Shown in pieces: positions 20,050-27,500 of a stretch of 64,000 nt of DNA; the stretch's first letter is position 1, and every line of letters begins with the position of its first letter. The position numbers and the translations under genes were made by a program. Under the pieces are notes generated by a model, which was given only the letters and a program-made list of their open reading frames with translations, ran no database searches and was not told where the DNA came from. Source of the stretch: a virus; the IMG/VR virus record IMGVR_UViG_3300032214_001034, positions 10,469-74,468 of that record; one strand, written 5' to 3'.

Positions 20050-20697
20050 ATGCCAACATCCAGAAATTCAAAAGGTGATAGGTTGCCCAATAGTACAGGC
20101 ACAAATCCAAATCCTAACGATACAGCAAAACAAAACTATACTGCAATTCGTCAAGGAAATGATCATGGATCAATTTCTTTTGGACATATTCATCAACCAG
20201 CTGACGTAACTGCTGCTGTTAAATTAGAAACTCCGGATGGAAGACATACCTTTTTCTTAGATGAAGATGGTCCAAGAAAAGGTTGGACTACTTCATTATC
20301 GCCAGGCAACTTTCAAGTTGAGTGTGGAAGCGATAATGTAGAAGCACAAGACACCTTGATGTTAAATGCAAAAAATGGTAATATAGTTATTGTAGCAACT
20401 AATGGAAAAATAAGATTACAAGGAACTGATATTGAACTCATTGCTGTAGGTGAAGGTGGTAGTAAGGGAAATATTGTAATGGAAGCAACTGAAACTGTTG
20501 CAGTTAGAAAATGTAAAAAGTTCTTAGTCAACGCTTCAGTTAATTATAAATTGGCAACATCAGGTCTTGGTGAGATTACTTCTAATAGTAGACTTAAAAT
20601 TTATGGATCTATTATTCAAGGTGTAACTGACGCATGTGCTAAGAAAGACTCCAAGAACGGAGGACAACGTTATCAAAAACAAAATAATCGAGTATAA
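20050..20697 (+). CDS. gp5 C-terminal (beta-helix spike)-like protein
   Basis: L.AKNG.I.I.A.NG.I.L.G.DI periodic beta repeats; downstream of gp5-N. Confidence 0.45.
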   Translation: MPTSRNSKGDRLPNSTGTNPNPNDTAKQNYTAIRQGNDHGSISFGHIHQPADVTAAVKLETPDGRHTFFLDEDGPRKGWTTSLSPGNFQVECGSDNVEAQDTLMLNAKNGNIVIVATNGKIRLQGTDIELIAVGEGGSKGNIVMEATETVAVRKCKKFLVNASVNYKLATSGLGEITSNSRLKIYGSIIQGVTDACAKKDSKNGGQRYQKQNNRV

Positions 20698-20708
20698 GGA
20701 GATTTAAA

Positions 20709-21500
20709 ATGACTGCTGGATGGGATGATGTTAATGTTGGTGGACAGCTTAAGGTAGGAACAGGTATTGTTCCTGCGATTAAGGAGGGTGATCAAAAAAT
20801 TAATGGGTCTGCTTTTATTGAAGGACCTGCTGTGATTGGAAGTCCAACACACTTTCCAACTGCATATGCAACTTTAAATGTTGCGCCATTGACAAATAGT
20901 GATCCAGACTCGGTTCCTCCATTTGCTCCAGGTTCTTTATGTCAAGGATTAAGTAATCCCTATGCACTGTGTGTTTCTGACAATGCAGCAGTGATGGGAA
21001 ATCTTGACGTGAATTTTAGAATTCAATCGGGACGTGATATTATTGCGGGAGGAAATATAATTTCAAATTGTGGTGGACATATTCTTGCTGCTAAGAAAAA
21101 CTTTGACATCCCTCACCCAACTAAACCAGGATATCGTTTACGTCACACTTGTCCTGAAGGTCCATCAAATGATGTATATTTCCGTGGAAGAGTGACTAAT
21201 AAAAAAGAAATCATTCTCCCTGGATATTGGAAAAATCTTGTTGACTGGACAACAATTACGGTTAATTTAACTCCAGTTGGAGCACATCAAAATGTAATTG
21301 TAAAAAGAATTGATGAAGAAAAAGTATATCTTCAAGCACATGGTGGTATGCCAATTGATTGTTTCTACCATATCTTTGCCACTAGAGCGGATGGTGAGAG
21401 ACTAATTCCAGAATATGAAGGAAAAACACCAGCAGACTATCCAGGAAACAATGATGAATATTCAGTTTCTGGATACCATTATGACAGAAGGGAGGTTTAA
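20709..21500 (+). CDS. Spike/fibre protein with C-terminal chaperone-like domain
   Basis: K.FDIPHP.K.G.RLRH.C.EGP...VY.RG...I.LP.YW..LVD domain shared with next ORF. Confidence 0.5.
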   Translation: MTAGWDDVNVGGQLKVGTGIVPAIKEGDQKINGSAFIEGPAVIGSPTHFPTAYATLNVAPLTNSDPDSVPPFAPGSLCQGLSNPYALCVSDNAAVMGNLDVNFRIQSGRDIIAGGNIISNCGGHILAAKKNFDIPHPTKPGYRLRHTCPEGPSNDVYFRGRVTNKKEIILPGYWKNLVDWTTITVNLTPVGAHQNVIVKRIDEEKVYLQAHGGMPIDCFYHIFATRADGERLIPEYEGKTPADYPGNNDEYSVSGYHYDRREV

Positions 21501-21502
21501 AC

Positions 21503-22192
21503 ATGGCTGCACCAGGACAACCAAAAAACGCAGAATTTCCAGGAGAATTTATTCCCTCTCAGGGAGATAAAGATTGTACTGATAGACAAGCTTGGGGTGA
21601 ACCATCTGTAATTTATTCTTACATCTTTAAAGGAAACGCGGATCAAAACACATATCCTCCAGATGCATGTCCGCCATATTATCACAAGACTGCACAGATT
21701 GATGAACTTCAAGTAAATACAGAAATTAATGGTTCTGGTAACATTGATATTTCTGGATCTGTAAGAGCATCTCAAGTAACTGCCAGTGGAGTTACTCTAA
21801 CTTCAAGAAAACCTTTTGATATTCCTCATCCAAATAAAGATGGGTGGAGGCTTCGTCATGTTTGTTTGGAAGGTCCAGAATCCGGTGTTTACTATCGTGG
21901 AAGACTCACTGATTCTAACATTATAAATCTTCCCGATTATTGGAAAGGATTGGTTGATCCAGAAACAATCACAGTTACTCTTACTCAGATAGGTTCATCT
22001 CAAGACTTAATTGTTGATTCTATCGAGTGGGGATCTAAAGTAAAAATAAGATCTGGATCTGCATCCAAAATTGATTGTTTCTTTTTGGTTCATGCAGAAA
22101 GAGCGGATGGTGAAAAATTAATTGTTGAATACCCAGGACAATCTTCCGATGATTATCCTGGAGATAATTCAATTTACAGTATTAATAAGTAG
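21503..22192 (+). CDS. Paralog of 20709 ORF (chaperone-like C-terminal domain)
   Basis: KPFDIPHPNKDGWRLRHVCLEGPESGVYYRG...R.DGE.LI.EY.G....DYPG.N. Confidence 0.5.
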   Translation: MAAPGQPKNAEFPGEFIPSQGDKDCTDRQAWGEPSVIYSYIFKGNADQNTYPPDACPPYYHKTAQIDELQVNTEINGSGNIDISGSVRASQVTASGVTLTSRKPFDIPHPNKDGWRLRHVCLEGPESGVYYRGRLTDSNIINLPDYWKGLVDPETITVTLTQIGSSQDLIVDSIEWGSKVKIRSGSASKIDCFFLVHAERADGEKLIVEYPGQSSDDYPGDNSIYSINK

Positions 22193-22202
22193 GAGATAAA
22201 AT

Positions 22203-22547
22203 ATGTCAAAGCATTTTTATTTTATTGATGTCAATGTAGCAGCTGGTCAAAGCACTCTGACTGCTATTGCCAATGAGTCAGCGACTTTTGGTATTGGTGC
22301 AACTTCAATTTTAGAACCCAATGAATTAGTTGTAGGAACAGCATTGAGTGTTGGAGTAGCATTAAGTGTTGGAACAGGAGTTTCGGTTAGTAGTGGAATT
22401 GTAACTGCTACTGGTGGATTTATTAGTGGTATTAGCACTAATGGACTGCTGGGAATTTCTACTACACCGATTCAAATAACTCTCAATGGAAATATACTTT
22501 CCTTTACTGCTGTGGGAATTGGATCAACTTTCTTCACACTGGCTTGA
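22203..22547 (+). CDS. Small fibre-like structural protein
   Basis: VGT..SV.SGIVTAT.GF motif also seen in the fibre locus; AGGAG RBS. Confidence 0.5.
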   Translation: MSKHFYFIDVNVAAGQSTLTAIANESATFGIGATSILEPNELVVGTALSVGVALSVGTGVSVSSGIVTATGGFISGISTNGLLGISTTPIQITLNGNILSFTAVGIGSTFFTLA

Positions 22548-22573
22548 CAGGGGTCCCGTCCATCCCCTATAAT
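22544..22573 (+). promoter_or_regulatory. Sigma70-type early promoter
   Basis: TTGACA-18 nt-TATAAT. Confidence 0.75.
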
Positions 22574-22598
22574 AAGAGGGTAATCAACGGACGACCGA

Positions 22599-22781
22599 AT
22601 GCAAGACGAGTACCTCACACGCTGCGTGGTGGACCCTGTGAAGCGTACAGTGTACCTGTACTCTAATGAAGGGTCAGAAAAGGAAGTGACCTGTGAGACC
22701 GTGGAAGAGTTTATGAATGTGCTAGACTTTGTTCGTGCTACAGTGGATGAAGAAACTCTCTCATACGCAAATCCACTTTAA
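22599..22781 (+). CDS. Hypothetical cyanophage protein
   Basis: 60-aa ORF directly after an early promoter. Confidence 0.65.
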   Translation: MQDEYLTRCVVDPVKRTVYLYSNEGSEKEVTCETVEEFMNVLDFVRATVDEETLSYANPL

Positions 22782-22840
22782 GTTCCATTTTTGGTCGAAA
22801 AAAATCCCGGTAAATTTTCTCACACGATACTTTTTTCAAA

Positions 22841-23047
22841 ATGAATCCTTATCGCATTAACTACAAAGCACTGAAAGAAGAACCAGTGAAAACCACACCA
22901 GAGAATGTGAAGGAAGCAAATGAGAACTTGTTTCGTGCTAAATGGAATCTTCCTCAAGCAGCAAAGCACTGTGGAATGTCACAAAAAGAAATGAAATTGA
23001 CATTCTGGGAGTATCTCAAGTATAATCCTATGACTTACCAAGCGTGA
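22841..23047 (+). CDS. Hypothetical protein, possible helix-turn-helix
   Basis: WNLPQAAKHCGMSQKEMK looks HTH-like. Confidence 0.55.
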   Translation: MNPYRINYKALKEEPVKTTPENVKEANENLFRAKWNLPQAAKHCGMSQKEMKLTFWEYLKYNPMTYQA

Positions 23048-23053
23048 GTTTTT

Positions 23054-23126
23054 GCCCGTGTAGTCCAACGGCAGAGACAGGGGACTTAAAATCCCTCCAG
23101 TGTCGGTTCGAATCCGACCACGGGTA
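23054..23126 (+). tRNA. trnL: tRNA-Leu(TAA)
   Basis: Acceptor GCCCGTG/CACGGGT, anticodon arm GGGGA-CTTAAAA-TCCCT, T arm GTCGG-TTCGAAT-CCGAC; no encoded CCA. Confidence 0.9.
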
Positions 23127-23170
23127 TGAGGTTTAACCTCTAAATAAACAAAAGTAATAGGAATATTACT

Positions 23171-23440
23171 ATGAAGTACAGGATTGATTCTGCATATGTT
23201 TGGTTCAATCGCGGAAGACAACTTGTTCTTATGTACTTTGTAAATCAAGTTCCATTTACTTTTGATGAACTCCCTGACGAATCTTTATTTGACTTGGAGT
23301 TGATTGAACTAGCAGACAACGAAAGACGCTTTGAACCTGAGGACTTGTATCAATCTTCTTACTATCTTATGTTAGAAGAATGTCATCCTTTGCTTTATGA
23401 GTTGGATTTAGAAAATCCAGAAATGTTGCCTGTTGATTAA
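23171..23440 (+). CDS. Hypothetical protein
   Basis: 89-aa ORF with TAAATA at 23141 and AGGA RBS. Confidence 0.65.
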   Translation: MKYRIDSAYVWFNRGRQLVLMYFVNQVPFTFDELPDESLFDLELIELADNERRFEPEDLYQSSYYLMLEECHPLLYELDLENPEMLPVD

Positions 23441-23441
23441 T

Positions 23442-23513
23442 GCCCTTGTAGCTCAGTGGTAGAGCAACGGTTTTGTAAACCGTTGGTCGCTGGTTCAAAT
23501 CCAGTCGGGGGCT
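23442..23513 (+). tRNA. trnT: tRNA-Thr(TGT)
   Basis: GCCCTTG/CGGGGGC acceptor, GCTCAGTGGTAGAGC D arm, ACGGT-TTTGTAA-ACCGT anticodon arm, GGTTCAAATCC T arm. Confidence 0.92.
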
Positions 23514-23532
23514 CTGAGTTCTATAACTCCAA

Positions 23533-23691
23533 ATGTCACTTATTTCACAACAAGACCGTCAAATGGTCATTGAAGCACTTGAATATTATGTTCAAAAACT
23601 TAAGGACGATAATTGTACAGATGCTTCCATCACGGCATTTCAAACCCTCCTTAATTGGATCGAACTGGAACATTTCAAGCATGAAAATTAA
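23533..23691 (+). CDS. Hypothetical 52-aa protein (not in ORF track)
   Basis: Read manually: MSLISQQDRQMVIEALEYYVQKLK...HFKHEN*; overlaps start of next ORF. Confidence 0.6.
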   Translation: MSLISQQDRQMVIEALEYYVQKLKDDNCTDASITAFQTLLNWIELEHFKHEN

Positions 23692-23854
23692 TCTTTGGTA
23701 TTGCGCTGATATGAATCAGTGGCGTTGGACTCTTACGGATAATAGTCGTCCTATTTGTCGCCAAGAATCGGGACAGAGACCTTTTCTTCGTGATGCGATG
23801 AATGACGTAGCAAATACTGTAGAATATATGTTAGAATGCAAACAAACTGAGTAA
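23681..23854 (+). CDS. Hypothetical 57-aa protein
   Basis: Likely true start of track ORF 23456..23854 (MKINLWYCADMNQWRWTL...); upstream part of that ORF is the tRNA. Confidence 0.6.
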   Translation: MKINLWYCADMNQWRWTLTDNSRPICRQESGQRPFLRDAMNDVANTVEYMLECKQTE

Positions 23855-23864
23855 AAATACTTAG

Positions 23865-24485
23865 ATGAAATCAGACTTTTATATAGATAGGGTAGGTAAA
23901 GAAGAAATCAAAGAACTTCTTTATACCTATCATTATCTTAAAGACGAATCCAAAGATTTTAAATCTGGTTTCAATTATGGACTATATCGTAAATCTTTCA
24001 CAGACATCCTTAGGGTTGGCAGCTGTCTTGGTGCTTGCGTTTTTACTGGTCTCCCAGTTCCAGAAATTGCCGTAGGTGCTTTTGGTTTAGAAAGAAATCA
24101 GCAAGAAGGAATATATGAACTCTCACGTTTGTGTATTCATCCAGATTTGCAAAAAGAAGAGTATAATATCACATCTTGGTTCGTTAGTCGTTGCATAAGG
24201 AGATTTAGGAAAGATGCCCGCGTTCGTGCTATTCTTAGTTACGCTGATGCTAATCACCACTCTGGAACTATATACAGAGCTTCTAATTTTGGTTACTACG
24301 GTTTAACTGATAAGAAATCTGATTTCTGGATTAAACAACCAGATGGATCATTTATCAAACATTCAAGGGGTTCAACTAAAGGTGTAGAAGGTGAGTGGAG
24401 AGAAAGAAGTAGAAAACATAGATATTTGATGGTGTTTGACAAAGAACTTCAAAAACGCTTGACATGGGAAGAGGAGAAGTGGTAA
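23865..24485 (+). CDS. Mom-like DNA modification protein (GNAT fold)
   Basis: HYL, ELSRLC, SWFVSRC, ILSYAD...H.GTIYRASNF.Y.G and K.RY motifs of the Mu Mom family. Confidence 0.7.
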   Translation: MKSDFYIDRVGKEEIKELLYTYHYLKDESKDFKSGFNYGLYRKSFTDILRVGSCLGACVFTGLPVPEIAVGAFGLERNQQEGIYELSRLCIHPDLQKEEYNITSWFVSRCIRRFRKDARVRAILSYADANHHSGTIYRASNFGYYGLTDKKSDFWIKQPDGSFIKHSRGSTKGVEGEWRERSRKHRYLMVFDKELQKRLTWEEEKW

Positions 24486-24488
24486 AAT
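24459..24488 (+). promoter_or_regulatory. Sigma70-type promoter at the end of the Mom-like gene
   Basis: TTGACA-18 nt-TAAAAT, preceded by TGG. Confidence 0.55.
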
Positions 24489-24529
24489 ATAAGTTCCTTC
24501 CGTGTGAAAGAAGTCATTGTGCTTCCTTG

Positions 24530-24554
24530 AACCTCTCTTCGGGGAGGTTTTTTT
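24530..24554 (+). terminator. Rho-independent terminator
   Basis: AACCTCTC-TTCG-GGGAGGTT followed by a T tract. Confidence 0.85.
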
Positions 24555-24595
24555 ATGGATAAATAATCCATAACGGAACTATAAGCACTAATAAG

Positions 24596-27500
24596 ATGGG
24601 TCTTTCCAGATTAGATAATTTTCTGAAGTCTTCGCGTGGTACTATTCTTTATGTTGATCCAAACAGTTTGGATGCGACTGATAGTATTGAGAACCAAGGT
24701 AATTCACTTACACGCCCATTCAAAACAATTCAACGTGCTCTGATTGAAGCGGCAAGATTTTCATATCAGAGAGGATTAAATAACGATAGATTTAGTAAGA
24801 CAACAATTTTACTTTATCCTGGAGATCACATTGTTGACAACCGTCCTGGATGGATTCCTGATGGTGTAAACAATTTTAGATTGCGTAATGGATCAACATC
24901 AAATAACCTTCCACCATACGATTTAAACTCTAATTTTGATTTAACAACAGCAGATAATGAACTTTATAAGCTGAATAGTATTCATGGTGGAGTAATTCTT
25001 CCAAGAGGAACATCAATTGTTGGTCTTGACCTGCGTAAGACTAAGATCAGACCAAAATATGTTCCTAGCCCAACAAACGACAATATTGAAAGATCTACAA
25101 TTTTCAGAGTAACTGGAACTTGCTATTTGTGGCAATTCTCTCTGTTTGATGCTGATCCAAACGGAGTTTGTTACGTTGACTATACTTCAAACACATTCGT
25201 TCCAAACTTCTCACACCATAAACTTTCTTGCTTTGAGTATGCTGATGGTGTAAATGATGTCAATATTAATGATGACTTTATGACATATTCAACAGATCGT
25301 ACAGATCTGGATATGTATTATGAAAAAGTTGGTCTTGTTTATGGTCAATCATCTGGTCGTGCAATTGAACCAGATTATCCGAGTTCTGGTCTTGACATTC
25401 AACCAAAAATTGATGAATTTCGTATTGTTGGTTCTACTGGTGCTTCAGTTGGAATTACCAGTATCAAATCGGGTGATGGTGTAACAGCAACTACTGACAT
25501 TACTCTTACAACTGCATCAGCTATTGATGGTCTGGATGTCGATACGCCATTCCGTGTTAGAGGAATTACTTCAGATCCATCAATCTATAATGGTCAATTT
25601 GTAGTTGCAGAGAAGTTAAGTTCAACTGAGATCATTTATCAAGTTCAAAATGCTCCTACAAATCCACTTCCAACTGTAACTGGATCTACGCTCTCACTTC
25701 AGTCAGATACTGTAACCTCAGCATCTCCATATATTTTCAATATCTCTCTGAGATCTGTATATGGAATGTGTGGTCTTCTTGCTGATGGTGATAAGGCAAC
25801 TGGATTTAAATCCATGGTTGTTGCACAGTTCACTGGTATTGGTCTGCAGAAAGACGATAATGCTTTTGTAAAATATAGCACAGTAACTGGAACTTATAAT
25901 GACAGCACTCAACTAGCTGGTGCTAATCTTAGTAATGATTCAAGAGCAGTATTCAAGCCATCATATAGAAACTTCCATATTAGAGCAGCAAATAATGCAT
26001 TCATTCAGTGCGTCTCAGTTTTCGCAATTGGATATGCTGAGCATTTCTCTGCTGAGAATGGTGGTGATATGTCCATCACCAACTCTAACTCAAACTTTGG
26101 TGCAAAGGCACTGATTGCTTCTGGATTTAGAAAAGAAGCATTCCCTCAAGACGACACGGGATATATCACACACATTATTCCACCAAAAGAGATTCCTTTA
26201 ACTGAAACTTCAATTGAATTTAGTTCTATTGATGTTAATAAGACTGTAGGGGTTGCATCAACAGCACATCTCTTCCTTTATGGTGAAACAAATGCTGACG
26301 TTCCACCAGAAAATGTTATTGAAGGATATAGAATTGGTGCAAGACAGGATGATAATCTGAGAGTTCTTGTCTCTTATGCTGGATCTGTTACAGAGTATAG
26401 TGCTCGCATCACGATGGATGGAGCAACATCTAGTTCTGAGAAAGTATTTACTGTAAATCAGAGTCCAACAGGTATTAATAGTATTGGTGCAACTTATGGT
26501 AATGGTGCAAATGTAATTACATTTACTCAAGCACACACACTCGCTGATGGAGAATCTGTTCGCGTAATTAGTGACAATGGTCAATTGCCAGATGGATTGA
26601 TTCCAAATAACGTTTTCTATGCAATTACCAGCGGATTAACTACAAACACTGATATTAAACTTGCTAAAACATTAAACGAAGCTCTGATTGGAACTGCTCT
26701 TCCCATTAATGAAAAGGGCGGTCTCCTGAAAGTTGTAAGTAGAGTATCTGATAAGAATTCGGGTGATATTGGACACCCAATTCAGTATGATACTACTAAT
26801 TCGCAATGGTTTATCAACGTATCCGCAGCATCAACTGAGAACTCAATCTACTCAACAATTGTTGGACTTGGTTCTACTGCACTTGGAGATGCAACTCCAA
26901 GAACATTCATAAAAAGAAAGTCTGATAATAGAAACGCAAACGACACATTATATCGTTTAAGATATGTTGTTCCTAAGAATATCAATTCTGGAGTAGCAAG
27001 ACCTCCAAGTGATGGATTTATTCTTCAAGAATCCAATACATCTATCGGTTCTACTGATGGCGAAATTCAAACCTATTTTGGTAGTGGATCTCTATCAAAT
27101 GTAAATGAGCAAAGAAACTTTAGATTTATTGCTGATGCAACTTGGGATGGATCATCGACAGTTAATGTAACTACAGAACTTCCGCACAATCTGATCGTTG
27201 GATCTGAAGTTGAACTTGTAAATGTCACAAGTACCCTTAATACTACAGGTGTTGCTGGAACAGCATTCAATAGAAAGTATTATGTTACTGGAATCAGCAG
27301 TGCAAAGCACTTTGCTGTTGGATTAACAACCAATCCAGGAACATTTACGAATGATACTTCGGCAAGAAACACTTCATTGCCATATTTCAGAAGAAAAACA
27401 TATAATAACTCCTACTACATTTACAGAAATCAGGAAGCACAAAAGTTTGTAAGTGGTGAGCAAGACGGTATTTACTATCTGACTGTATTGAATTCTTCTA

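Noticed and set aside
22979-23248. Minus-strand 89-aa ORF
   Set aside because: Antisense to tRNA-Leu and neighbouring genes
23456-23680. N-terminal part of track ORF 23456..23854
   Set aside because: Overlaps tRNA-Thr and a better 52-aa ORF; real start is probably 23681
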